Part shown: positions 20,631 to 31,780 of the stretch, in pieces
How positions within the stretch are numbered: the first letter of the stretch is position 1
Layout: each line of letters begins with the position of its first letter
Assembly: GCA_019358935.1 (NCBI GenBank)
Contig: JAHHIK010000007.1
Coordinates: 1-64,000, forward strand
Source of the DNA: Tolypothrix carrinoi HA7290-LM1
GTDB taxonomy: Bacteria > Cyanobacteriota > Cyanobacteriia > Cyanobacteriales > Nostocaceae
DNA length: 64,000 nt
Direction: 5' to 3'
The notes under the pieces: generated by a model
What the model was told of the DNA's origin: nothing
What the model saw: the letters and a program-made list of their open reading frames with translations, nothing else
The model's database searches: none
Made by a program: the position numbers and the translations under genes

Positions 20631-22079
20631 TTAGAAGGAGAAACTTCGGACTAAACGTCCCAGCGTGATAAGCCCCTGCTCTAGGATGGGAGACCAAGGA
20701 TAACCGCAGTTGAGACGGATGAAGTTGCGGTATTTGTCCTCGGCCGAAAAGATGGGGCCGGGGACGATGCTGATGCGCTCAGCCAGCGCCAGTCGCTGCA
20801 GTTCCAAGCTATCTACGGCCTTGGGCAACTCTACCCACAGAACGTACCCTCCTGTGGGGCTAGTTGCTTGGGTGTTGGTGGGGAAGTGATCATAAATGGT
20901 CTGGGTCACGCACTGAATCTGCTCTGAATAAGTTTTGCGGATGCGCCTGAGGTGTTGGTCGTAACCGCCACTTTGGAGGAATTCGGCAATGGTCACCTGG
21001 ACGGGGGTGCTCGTGGTCACGCTGGTGATGAACTTCAGGTACTCCACCTGCGCCTGGTAACGCCCTGGAACACACCAACCTACCCGGTAGCCGGGGGCCA
21101 AAGTCTTGGTGAAGGAAGAACACAACAGAACAAGACCTTCGTTATCAAAGGCCTTGGCTGAGCTCGGGCGCGTGTTGCCAAAATACAAATCCCCTTGCAA
21201 GTCGTTTTCGATGAGCGGGCTTTCGTAGCGGGCGAGCATCTCTACCAGTCGCTTCTTATCATCGTCAGGCATGCAACTGCCTAGGGGGTTGTTGAAGTTG
21301 AGAGTGAAGAGGCAAGCTTTGATTTGCTTCTTCTTCAAGGCAACTTCAAGAGATTCCAGGCAGACCCCGTTGCGAGGATGTGTTGGTATCTCCAGAACTT
21401 TCATACTTAGGCTCGAAATCATCTGGATAATACCGTAGTAGGTAGGTGATTCGATGGCAATGGTGTCGCCAGGTTGAGCTACCGCCCTTAGACATAGGTT
21501 CATAGCCTCCATGCAGCCCGCGGTCGTGACGATCTCCTCGCTTGAAATCCCACTGCTCCAGTCTAAAGAGCGCCTTGCTAGCTGATGACGCAGGAGTTTG
21601 TTGCCAGGAACAACTTCATAGGTGTTGACCTGCTTTCCCAAGCGGCGGGAAACCCCGGTGAAAAGCCGATTGAGCTTAAGAGTGGGGAAAAGTTCCGCTC
21701 CTGGAATAGCCGCCCCGAAAGGAACGATATGTGGGTCACAGGAGGCTGCCAGCAATGACATCACCAACTGATTGATACTATCCCAGGTTGCATATGAAGT
21801 TTCACTGGAGGTATTGGACTCGGAGGGCAGTTTCTGAAACCGAGCCTTCACGTAGTAGCCGGACTGGGGTTTGGCCTCAATGAGGCCTCGGTTTTCCAGC
21901 AGCAAGTACGCTTGGAGTACGGTGGACAGGCTCACCCCCAGTTGTTTGTGGAGTTTACGCACTGAGGGAATGCGCTCTCCAGGTTTGAGGGCTCCTTGCT
22001 CAATCAAGCAAGCGAGCCGTTCGGCTACCTGCTCATAGAGTGTACTCTTTTGGTGTGATGAGACAGTGTCAAAAAGCAT
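20631..22079 (-). CDS. MocR/GabR family regulator (GntR HTH plus PLP aminotransferase-like domain)
   Basis: LKPGERIPSVRKL...GVSLSTVLQAY HTH; NFNNPLG, SFTKTLAPGYRVGW. Confidence 0.92.
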   Translation of the reverse strand: MLFDTVSSHQKSTLYEQVAERLACLIEQGALKPGERIPSVRKLHKQLGVSLSTVLQAYLLLENRGLIEAKPQSGYYVKARFQKLPSESNTSSETSYATWDSINQLVMSLLAASCDPHIVPFGAAIPGAELFPTLKLNRLFTGVSRRLGKQVNTYEVVPGNKLLRHQLARRSLDWSSGISSEEIVTTAGCMEAMNLCLRAVAQPGDTIAIESPTYYGIIQMISSLSMKVLEIPTHPRNGVCLESLEVALKKKQIKACLFTLNFNNPLGSCMPDDDKKRLVEMLARYESPLIENDLQGDLYFGNTRPSSAKAFDNEGLVLLCSSFTKTLAPGYRVGWCVPGRYQAQVEYLKFITSVTTSTPVQVTIAEFLQSGGYDQHLRRIRKTYSEQIQCVTQTIYDHFPTNTQATSPTGGYVLWVELPKAVDSLELQRLALAERISIVPGPIFSAEDKYRNFIRLNCGYPWSPILEQGLITLGRLVRSFSF

Positions 22080-22343
22080 TTGGTTAACTGAGTTCAACGT
22101 AAAAAACAGGACTAAAAAGCAGTAGCAGGAAGCTATGCCAGAAGGCTTTTTCTCCTGGTACTCCCTTCCCATTCCAAGATTTACTTAAGCAAAGCACATA
22201 AATGTGCTCAATCGTCTTCTATATCTGATTTCTTGCCCTTTCGCCACCTTCAAAACACTCAGTGATAATGAGCGAACGGGTAGTTCTTCTTCCAAAAATG
22301 CCATTTTTTTAAGTTTTTTTCTGAACTAGCCAACACTAAGCAG

Positions 22344-22541
22344 CTAATGTGAGCTGTTTCTCCCACCTGTATAGGAGATCACCATACCCCTCTCGATATT
22401 GTCCAGATCGAGTACCACAAGGGTGTACCTGTTTCCAAAATTTTTGTCCGCTTCCGACTTACGCCTCACCTCCTGAAGATTTTGCAAATTCTTGGGGGTA
22501 AGTGCAATGCCACGCTTGCATCTCCAATTTTGTAAACTCAT
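22344..22541 (-). pseudogene. Probable remnant of a cyanobacterial N-terminal HTH domain
   Basis: KRGIALTPKNLQNLQE...NFGNRYTL resembles N-termini of cyanobacterial NACHT/WD40-type regulators. Confidence 0.35.
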
Positions 22542-22818
22542 GTGTCAAAAATGCTAATAAGGTTTACCAACTGATTTTTCAAACTCTCACCCGCTTAACC
22601 TACTCTCTTGTGCACATGAAATAATAAACTGAGTATGTTTCCTCCTTCATCAATAGCTTGGTCTTATGGATTCACAACAAGCTAACAAGGTTTATCGTGT
22701 TTACTACTCAATTGTAAATGTAAATCCACTTAACTAGCTTTAAACAACCACCACATTGGTTAATCTGCCTAAAGGAAGATTAAGTAAAGCGGTTAATCAA
22801 CCCTAAATAGATGAAGAC

Positions 22819-23280
22819 GGTATTATCAACTTAACTTATAATCGACAAGATTAAGCAGGATAACTGCCGCATATGCAGTCAGGGGTCTTGTTATGCAGCT
22901 GTCTTGATGCCAGTCAACTCGCACCATCTGTCAAATCGCTGGTGCATCACTTGGCGATATTCTTAAGCAGTAGTCCTGGTTGTTTGGGGTGGAAGTGACC
23001 GCAAATGAACTTGAAAGCTGAAAGAAACCGTTGCGCCTGTCCTGGGGACTTAAACTTACGCATTCGCTTTTCTCTCAAACGAGTCGGCTGATGGGAGTTC
23101 TCCGCTCGATTGTTCAGTCCTTTGTGCTGGCGGTGTTCCACCCCTTTGAGAATTTCCTTTTTAGCTGCCGCGTAGCTCTTAAGCTTGTCCGTTACAATTA
23201 CCCGTGGAGCAAACCCCTGCTTCTTAAGTAGTTTACGGAAGAACTTTTTGGCAACCGTCTTATCGAGATGGCTCTGCATC
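22819..23280 (-). mobile_element. IS6-family element, 3' part only
   Basis: PRVIVTDKLKSY, LNNRAENSHQPTRLRE; end-like GGTATTATCAACTTAA at 22819. Confidence 0.8.
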
Positions 23281-23842
23281 ACTGGTGTTTAGACTAGTTC
23301 GCGGTGCGAAACTCCAAACCTTTACGGAGATTGATGTACATCAAATATAACCGCACCCACTCAAAACTTGAGCAGGGAATTTATAGTACATTTTAACTAT
23401 AGATGTCACCAGGACAATCAAGGATGCGCTCGCCTACGGTGGGCGGAACGCCATCGCATCCTTGAGTGCGTTGTAGGCGATCGCGCCTATAAAATAAATT
23501 GACGAGCGCGATTTTCTCTTCTTCAAGTCTCTTGGGATAAAAATGATGACTGAATCTCAATGAAAGATGAATTTTTTTATTTAAATTATTTTTGAGTATA
23601 TTTTAATAGTTCACCTAATAAAAGTATCTTTTTAAGTATTACAGGGTTATAGATTTCTTTTTTGTGTGATGTTACGGAAAAAATATTAATTTTCTCAAGA
23701 ATTCAACATGGGGATTCAGTTAATAGGATAAATGGATGATTTCATTTATAAAATAGATAAACTCCTTTCGGATGGGAAATTGTTTCGGTTATTTGAATCC
23801 GATTTATCAAAGCGTTATCCCAACACAATTGAACTTTGAAGA

Positions 23843-24017
23843 AAGGCAGAGGGCAGGAGGCAGAAGGCAGAAGGAGCAGTCGGATGGGGATTCAAACCCC
23901 AACCGATTGAAGACACCGTGTAGACGGTGGGGTTTTATACCCAGTTGGCTCCAGCCAGAAGGCTGAATCAAAGACATAATTTATACCTTCTGCCCTCTGC
24001 CCTCTGCCTTCTGCCTT
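23843..24017. repeat. Heptamer-repeat-bounded inverted element inserted in the transposase
   Basis: AGGCAGA-type heptamers on the left and TCTGCCT-type on the right. Confidence 0.8.
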
Positions 24018-24578
24018 CCGCCGAAGGCGGATAAAACTGGAAGAAATTCAACGAGGCGTCGAAGTAATATTGCGAATGTTAGTATTGAAGCACTTCCGGT
24101 GTTTGAGCTATGAAAAAACTATTTCAAATGTTAACAAAAGCTTAGTTTTCAGACAATTTTGTCGAATTTATTTTCATCCAATTCCCAGCAAAAGCACTTT
24201 AATTCGTTGGTCAAATCAGATTCGTCAAGAAACCTTGTCACAATTTAACCAACGTCTGACTCAGATAGCAACTCAGTTGCGAATAACTCAGGGTAGAAAG
24301 ATAAGAACAGATGGTACAGTAGTTGCTACTAATATTCACTTCCCCTCAGATAATAGTTTGTTAGTCGATGGAGTTAAAGTTATTAGTCGTCTTTTATCCC
24401 AAGCAAAAGCAATTATTTTAGCTTCAAAAAATATTAACTTAAGTATTTTTCGTAATCGTCACCGCACAGCCAGAAGAATTTCTCGACAAATTGATAATTT
24501 ATCTAAAACGAGAAATCAATTGGGTCGTCAAAAAAGAGAACAATTGTACTCCAAATTAATTGAAGTGACTCAAGCTAG

Positions 24579-24656
24579 TGTGTAATGTCTGTAAAAAGTC
24601 GTGGGGTATCGAGGATCTAGAAAACAAGGCTGGTCACTTTTTTTTGTCCTAATGTA
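24579..24656. mobile_element. 78-bp mini-insertion with CTAG target duplication
   Basis: CTAG at 24575 and 24657; removing it restores CAA GCT AGC TTA AAA CAG in the transposase frame. Confidence 0.7.
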
Positions 24657-25724
24657 CTAGCTTAAAACAGGCTCAAAAAGTGAAGATTATGCTGGAAAAT
24701 TTAAAATCCTCAGATTCCCAGAAGCTACTTCAAATATTTGCAATTTTTCTACCTCGTGTAGAACAAGTTATTGAACAAACTCGTAGACGAATTTTTCTTC
24801 AAGAGAAAGTGTCCGCTTCCGAAAAAATTGTGAGTTTATTTGAATCTCATACAGATATAATATGTCGAGGTAAAATCAATGTAGATGTCGAGTTTGGGCA
24901 TAAAGTTTGGTTAGACGAAGTTGACGGGGGTATTATCAGTAATTATCGAATTTTAAAGGGTAATCCTCATGATACTCAACAAGAGCGTCCCAAGTCTCGA
25001 TCAACAGGCTCGAAAATTTTGGTTCACCGCCAAAAGTCGTGACTACAGACAGAGGTGTTTACTCTCAAACAAACGAAAATTATGCTGCTGTGTTAGGAGT
25101 AAAAGAAGTAATTTTACCTAAAGGCGGTTATCGAAGTAAAGAACAAATCAAGCATGAAAGAAAAAGAAATTTTAAAAAAGCTCGTCGTTGGCATAACGAA
25201 GTAGAAGGACGTATCAGTTTTCTGAAACGTTGTTTTGGCTTACAACGCTGTTTATATCGGGGAGAGTTGGGATTCTCTCGTTGGGTTGGCTGGGGAATTA
25301 TTGCTCATAATTTAACTATTCTTAGTCAAGGTACTCTCAAAAATAAAATAAATATTTCGGCTTAATTTTAAGTTTTTTACCATCCAAACATTTGATATTA
25401 CTAAAGTATTGTTTTCCCAAAAAGGAGCAAGATATTTAAATTTTACTTTGCTATAACCATATGGTTAACACATATAACTATTGATTATTAACAAAGTTTT
25501 ATATCTAATTTATTCAACAGTTTCGCACCGCGAACTAGTCTAAACTCCAGTTCTTAACTCAGCACCACTGGGTTGTTTTTTCATGCTTTAGTCTAAACAC
25601 CAGTTTTAATTAACTTTTGACATCACGCAACGCACAAATAATTCACTCTTTTGACACCCGTTGGGTACAGATAAAGCGCTCTCTCTAGCAAGCCGAGCCT
25701 TAACCTCACAAACGCTCTCAAGAG

Positions 25725-26195
25725 TCAACCGTCGCCAAAAATACTGTCCAAATCCTGTGACGAAGCTTTGCCTTGAACCATTGAAGTTGGTCGCTGAGGC
25801 TGTTCAACTTCATGGTTAGTATCGGACTCTGGAGTTGTCTTACTGTCGTTATAGGCAATTGTCTTGGCATTCACCGTCACGCTCTCTAGGGGTGTAACCT
25901 GTGGTAGCACAAACTGCGGTTGCTCCACAGACATAGCCAAACGCATATTACTACCATGCTTGTTCAAAGAATCCTGCGCCTCCCAACAAGCGAAACGCAA
26001 TTGCTCGCTCGTATAATTGCCACTTACAAACCGTGCATACGGCAACAAAGCCGCCACCAAAATATCAGCCACCTTCCGGTTCACTTCTTCCTTGGGCAGA
26101 GAATTCAAATAATCAGCCACCTCCGCCATTGGGTCCCCCGAATAAGGTTGGAGACGCAACGATAGCGAAACACGCTTTCTCCTAACTCTAGTCAT
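25725..26195 (-). CDS. ParR-like adaptor downstream of ParM
   Basis: Translationally coupled to the ParM-like gene; basic N-terminus and low-complexity tail. Confidence 0.6.
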   Translation of the reverse strand: MTRVRRKRVSLSLRLQPYSGDPMAEVADYLNSLPKEEVNRKVADILVAALLPYARFVSGNYTSEQLRFACWEAQDSLNKHGSNMRLAMSVEQPQFVLPQVTPLESVTVNAKTIAYNDSKTTPESDTNHEVEQPQRPTSMVQGKASSQDLDSIFGDG

Positions 26196-27464
26196 TAGGA
26201 CCCCTCCAGTGAAAGCAAATAATCAAATAATCCAAAGCAGTCCACAAGACGAGCCGATATGCATTGTTCCCCAGACTGCTCGTCTGACAGAGCGAAAGAA
26301 AGTTTAACTTGCTCAGTAATGCCACTACCCCAAATCATCGGTGTGTGATGTCTGCTGTAATCTTTGGTTCTGTATTCATCGGTTCTCTCCTTTGCGCGGT
26401 TCCCCCATCTGTAATGTTCATTTATATAAGGTTTGCAATTAAAATAATTCTCCAGCTCCGGCTCAACGTGGTAAGCTGCACCCCCACCAATAATCACCTC
26501 ATCCAACTCAGTTGGTAAAACCCGATTCATCCAGCGCTGCAATTTATCCCAATACGACTCCGTGGCAGTTTTAATAGCATTACCAATATCTTGAATTTCA
26601 GATGCTCTAAGATTGGGGTCTTTGGCACTAGCTAAAGTTTTAATAGATGGGGACGCAACCCAGTTAGGGTAACGGGTGTATTTATAGTCCGCACTGTATA
26701 TTTCATTTTTGAGAGCGTAACGTGCGGAAAATATAGCTCCTGCCAAACGCTCTCGGTCTAGCCCACTCGTCATTTCAATAACCATATCCAGCATAGTGGA
26801 AAACCCCAACAGCGGACTATCTCCCGACTTTAACTGTCCCCGGTCGAAGTAAAGCGCAGTTGTATTGCGATGACCAAACATCAGCACACCCAACTGTTGG
26901 GAACGCAACCAATCAATACCTTGCTGCTTAATCCGAATAGCTGCTAATCCCCCACCTTCGCTCCCGGCATAAAAAGCGTTCCAGGCTCACCTTCAATGCC
27001 ATTTTACGTACCTGAAAGCCAGCCAACATTTTCTGCAACTGTTCGGAGAACTTTTTCCGATCTGAGTACTCATTCCAAGGGAGAAGTAGTGCCAATTCTA
27101 CCTTAAGAGTCTTTTTGGACGACACCTTGATTTTCGACATTTCTACAATCAGCCCAATTGCCCCCAATACTTTCCACAAAGCATTTTCATATTTCAGTTC
27201 GCCCAATCGGTCTTGTGGGTCAAAAGAAGATGCGAAATCTCCCAGGACAACCACACGAGAATTCCACTCCACCCATAATTGTTGGTCGGGATGGGGGCTG
27301 CCAATCCACCCCAGACGTGCCATATAATTATCGAGTTTAGTCTTGCTAATTTCCTCCAATATTGGTGGCATCAATAAATAATTGGGTTTTTGAGAGCCTG
27401 CTAGCTGATAAATAATCTTGGTTTGCGAGCCTCCCACGTCCACGCTGAGATAAATATCAGTCAT
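26195..27464 (-). pseudogene. parM: ParM/StbA actin-like ATPase split by a frameshift near 26960
   Basis: SVDVGGSQTK phosphate-1, disrupted C-R-x-EGGG, MFGHRNT, IIGGGAA. Confidence 0.8.
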
Positions 27465-27639
27465 GCAAAAAGTATTCTAAACACTACGGCACTATCTTGG
27501 CTCAACAATGCCTCAAATCGCCTCCAAAAATCCACGGAGAATGCACCATATAGTATTTCAATTGCCCTATCAGTTAGAGATAACGGTCAAGACAAATTGT
27601 GCTGACATTGCACTCATACTGTGCCACGTTCGCACTCAT

Positions 27640-27790
27640 AAGCTACCCCCAAGCCGATTTCGGGTAGGTGGACTAAAATAGTCGTACTCACTACGGTTAT
27701 TTGCCCTGCGGGTTGCCTGTGGCAATGCCTCGCTGTCGCTCGTCACAAATAACCTGCGTTCGCCCCATAGGGGGAAGAATCACGGGTGCA
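27640..27790. promoter_or_regulatory. Candidate oriT region upstream of the relaxase
   Basis: Nested inverted repeats (GGTTATTTG...CAAATAACC, TTGCC...GGCAA) directly upstream of the mob gene. Confidence 0.4.
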
Positions 27791-27887
27791 ACAATAACTT
27801 TTTTTCGGCATCCCATCCCAATTAATTCATCTTCCCATTAATCAGTAACGCCAGAACCAGAAAAACCACGATGATTCAACGCCTTTT

Positions 27888-29646
27888 ATGACATACGGTT
27901 ACGCGATCGCCCGCACTAAAAAACTCAAACGCAGCAATCTTGCTGGCAGTGAGGCACATACTGCCCGAACACGCGAAACCCCCAACGCGGATTCAGAGAT
28001 TCAAAACATCAGGCTTATTGGCAGCGATGACCCAAATGAAAAACTTGAAGATTTGGTGCTGACGAAAATTGGGCAATATGAACAAAAGCGCAAAATTCGC
28101 ACCGATGCTGTTTACTGTGTCGAGATTCTTCTGACGGCATCTCCCCAGTACTATCGTCCAGACGACCCAACCCGCGCCGGGTACTATCACTCAGACAAAC
28201 TTAAACAATGGGTTGATGCAAATCTCACATGGTTGGACGAGACGAGAGAGCGATCGCATTGTCCGCGCCGAACTGCACCTTGATGAGGCGACACCCCACT
28301 TACATGCATACTTCGTTCCACTCGACTCCAAGGGACAACTCCGGTGCAATCACTTTTTCGACGGTCGTCAGAAAATGCAAGCTTTTCAGGATTCCTACCA
28401 CACCGCGATGCAAGACCTGGGGTTAGAAAGAGGCATCAAGGGGAGTAAGGCGCAACACCAGGATATTAAGGACTTTTACAGGATTGTCGAAGAGGGAAAA
28501 GACCTCTCTTCAGGGAAACTCTCCCCCCAACAACTCCAAGCCAAGGCTGCCGATCGTGACCGGGCAGTTAAACGTAAGTCCGAATTGGAACTGACTGCCA
28601 AATATCTGGTTAAAGAAAACGAAAAACTTCAAGCACTTAAACAGCAACTAGAAGCCGAAAATCAACAGTTGCGTTCTGAGCTATCCCAACAAGCGGAACA
28701 ACTGCGCGACCTCCCGCTCGACTCGGTGGCTTGGCAGTTGGGATTGACCAAAACCAAGGGGGATGATAAGTATCATGGAGAAAACCACATCATTAATATA
28801 GATAGAACTCAGTGGTATGACTTTCATCCGTCTCAGGACAAAGGTGGTGGCGGGGCAATTGACCTGGTGATGCACGTCAACCAGTGCGATTTCAAGGAAG
28901 CGCGAGCGTGGCTTCAAGACCGATTTGGAGAATCAGATATGCTGCGAGCAGTCACCCACCACGCTCGTACACAAGCGCTCAAAGTTGTTAAGTCATCTCC
29001 TTCCCCCCAGTTTGTGCCACCAGCAGAGGACGAATCGAACTGGCAAGCGGTACACAACTACCTCACCCAAAAACGGGGACTGCCTGAAAACTTGGTAGTT
29101 GGTCTTAAAGAGCGGGGATTAATTTATGCTGACTCCAACCAAAATGCCGTGTTTTTAATGCGGTCACTAGATGGTGAGACTGTAGGCGCATTTCTACGGG
29201 GGACAAGAGGAGAAAACAACACCTTCATGGGTTATGCCCCAGGAACCAAACGTACCGATGGGTGGTTTTATGTAGGTAGGGGAGGACAACCAGATGATGA
29301 AATCCACACATGTGTGCTGTGCAAATCCCCCATCGATGCTTTATCAAAAGCAGTGTTGTCACTCTCAGATAACAAGGGAATGCCCCAGGAAAAGACAATG
29401 TACCTAGCAGCAGATAGTGCCAAGAGCTTGCCCCTAGAATTCCTCAAGCGCTTACCCAAGGTGATAGCTGCTTTTGGCAACGATGATGCTGGCAACAGTA
29501 TGGCACAAACCATTAAGGAACTGTTGCCATCCTCCTTCTTTGTGCGACCACAAACACTCGATTGGAATGAACAACTGCGCTATAACCACACATTTCCGGA
29601 AAAACAGCGGCAGTCCAAATCATTGCATCGGGGATTAGAACTCTAG
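27888..29646 (+). pseudogene. MobV (Mob/Pre) relaxase fused to DUF3991/TOPRIM-like region, frameshift near 28245
   Basis: HTARTRETPNAD, VEILLTASP, AELHLDEATPHLHAY, GGGAIDLVMH, KSPIDALS, DWNEQL. Confidence 0.85.
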
Positions 29647-29715
29647 TTACGTACCAACACAATAACATTACCGCTCATAGAAACCGCTGACATTGCTACC
29701 CAAAGATAGCCAATG

Positions 29716-30939
29716 CTAGACAACTACGTTTGTAATCTTAGTCCAAAGGTCTAAAACTACAGGGGTAAACGGCAATCCCACTATTCCCTCAAAAATATCG
29801 GGAATTACTTTTCTCGCTATATTCATACTTCCATTGGTGTCAGCATTTATTGTTCTACCAGTGGAAGTTTTGTATAAACCGCGTTTAACACGTTTACCGC
29901 TAAATACTGGTTTAACATCAGTCTTAGCTCTGTAAACTGGCAACTTATCGCCGTCCAACGCACTAGCAATACTTGTGTAACTTTCTTCTGTGAGAGTCAC
30001 TTTAATTCCTGCTAATTGTGCCTTATAGGTCAACATACTAATCAGTTTGGCATGAGGAATCTTGGTAAAATCTTGATTATTCTTTTTCCCAATGTTAATA
30101 TCCTGTTTCCAACCTTGATTATTACCAATAATTAAATGACCAATATTGTTTAACTTACACCAATCAATTACACGACGGCTAACGGTATGAAGATAATTAT
30201 CTATCCTTCTATCGCGCTTTCCATTTAATGATTTGATTTGACGATACGCTTGGACTGATTGCGCTAAGGCTACTCTCTTATTGAAGAATTGGTTAATACT
30301 TTTCAACGGTCTACCATTTACCAGTAACGGTTTTACCCCGGATTGGTTGGATGTTATAGCCATTAAATTGTTTAAACCAAGGTCTGCACCAGCAACGCCC
30401 ACCGCATTGGTATGGCGCGTATCTTCTATCGAGTAAACAACTTCAATAACGTAATGGTCAAGTTTAGGAACTATCCGCACTTGGTTAACGCTTTTAGCGT
30501 TCGTTGTCAACTCAATACTAGTCTGAGATAGCTTGACAATTCCTTTGATTAAGGCAGGTTTTGATATCGCGTCAATCGGGTAAATAACAATATTTCTACC
30601 GCGCTCTTTATGTTTATATCCAGGCATTTTTGGTTTACCTAAATACTTCTCTGGATACTTTGACCAATCCTTGAGCGCGGCTAACCATCCCTTCCAGGAT
30701 TCAGAAACTCTACGCACAATCTGTTTACTAACTTTAGTTGGTAAATAGCGATAAGCTGTCTTATTTTTGGTTTGATGATAAATATCAATTGAGTTGTAAT
30801 ATTTCTTAGTTTCAAAAAAGTATTGACGTTGCACATAGTTTGCACAATTGTACAAATGTTTGGATTGAAAAGCTAAGTAATCGCATTCAAACCAAAATTT
30901 GTGCTGTCTATTAATGACGTGTTTCTCTACTAACTGCAT
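29716..30939 (-). CDS. tnpB: TnpB-family RNA-guided endonuclease (IS200/IS605/IS607-associated)
   Basis: SKHLYN, GADLGLNNL, DNYLHTVSR, LTYKAQLAGI, EESYTS, INADTNG. Confidence 0.9.
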   Translation of the reverse strand: MQLVEKHVINRQHKFWFECDYLAFQSKHLYNCANYVQRQYFFETKKYYNSIDIYHQTKNKTAYRYLPTKVSKQIVRRVSESWKGWLAALKDWSKYPEKYLGKPKMPGYKHKERGRNIVIYPIDAISKPALIKGIVKLSQTSIELTTNAKSVNQVRIVPKLDHYVIEVVYSIEDTRHTNAVGVAGADLGLNNLMAITSNQSGVKPLLVNGRPLKSINQFFNKRVALAQSVQAYRQIKSLNGKRDRRIDNYLHTVSRRVIDWCKLNNIGHLIIGNNQGWKQDINIGKKNNQDFTKIPHAKLISMLTYKAQLAGIKVTLTEESYTSIASALDGDKLPVYRAKTDVKPVFSGKRVKRGLYKTSTGRTINADTNGSMNIARKVIPDIFEGIVGLPFTPVVLDLWTKITNVVV

Positions 30940-30999
30940 TGAGCCGACCTCTCAATATATATTAAAATGCATGATAACAAGCATAGCGAGTAATAGTCA

Positions 31000-31185
31000 A
31001 TGCCTTTTGAAAAAAATAATTCACATCGGTATGAAAGAAAGTCAAAACGACCCCTAGGTAAGATGATTGGCTTTAGAGGGTATGAAAATCAGAGCGAACA
31101 AATCAAAGCCGTTCCTGACTGGCAAGAACGGCTAAGAGATTTTGTTGAGGAGTTGATTGCGGAAAACTCTCCCCCAAATGAGTAG
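31000..31185 (+). CDS. Small hypothetical protein divergent from tnpB
   Basis: 61 aa; IGFRG...VPDWQERLRDFVEELI suggests an RHH-like fold. Confidence 0.55.
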   Translation: MPFEKNNSHRYERKSKRPLGKMIGFRGYENQSEQIKAVPDWQERLRDFVEELIAENSPPNE

Positions 31186-31488
31186 CAATGGGTAAAAATG
31201 GGGAAGAATTAGGTGACAGTTACGAACCCCCATCCCCACTAGCCCCTGCGGTGCCTGCATTGGTGGATATTTGACTGTTGCGGCGACACCCACCCTAACA
31301 AATCCTCTAGTTTGGATCTACCTGGGTAGTTGTAGCGATGTGCCTATTTATGATCGCATTTAAATTTTTGTAACGCGATCATATTATGCTGGTGGCTAAA
31401 ATTGTAAAATATTATCTTTAAATAGATGAAAAGTTATATGTAATAACTGATTGTCGGTTTTCACACAATTAAAATAGGAAAAACTTTA

Positions 31489-31698
31489 ATGCTAAATAAA
31501 TGTATTTTTGGTGTTTTTTTTGTTGTAATAACTGCGATGACAACTATTGCTGTTAATGCAAGCGATGGAAGTAACACAAAGAATAGCGTTGATGGTGTCC
31601 ACAAGATGCTTGAGAAGCATGAGCTTGTAGGAAAGTCTTGCTGCGCGGATGAGTTTGGAAACTGTATAAGTTGCTTTATTGATCGACGCAATTTCTAA
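31489..31698 (+). CDS. Secreted Cys-rich small peptide (core CCADEFGNCISC)
   Basis: AGGA RBS, signal-peptide-like N-terminus ending AVNA, paralogue at 33892-34047, terminator-like hairpin downstream. Confidence 0.7.
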   Translation: MLNKCIFGVFFVVITAMTTIAVNASDGSNTKNSVDGVHKMLEKHELVGKSCCADEFGNCISCFIDRRNF

Positions 31699-31744
31699 TT
31701 ACCGAAGCGTTTTGTATCAATCAATAGTATCGAAAAGTAATCAA

Positions 31745-31780
31745 AATAAAACCCACTTTTTAAACTAAGTGGGTTTTATT
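31745..31780. terminator. Likely bidirectional intrinsic terminator
   Basis: AATAAAACCCACTT-N8-AAGTGGGTTTTATT. Confidence 0.7.

Larger units (their letters stand above)
23298..25534 (+). mobile_element. IS5/ISNCY-type insertion sequence with fragmented transposase and CTAG target duplication
   Basis: 16-bp TIRs TTCGCGGTGCGAAACT / AGTTTCGCACCGCGAA flanked by CTAG; fragments RTDGTVV, VEFGHKV, TTDRG, VEGRIS. Confidence 0.85.
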
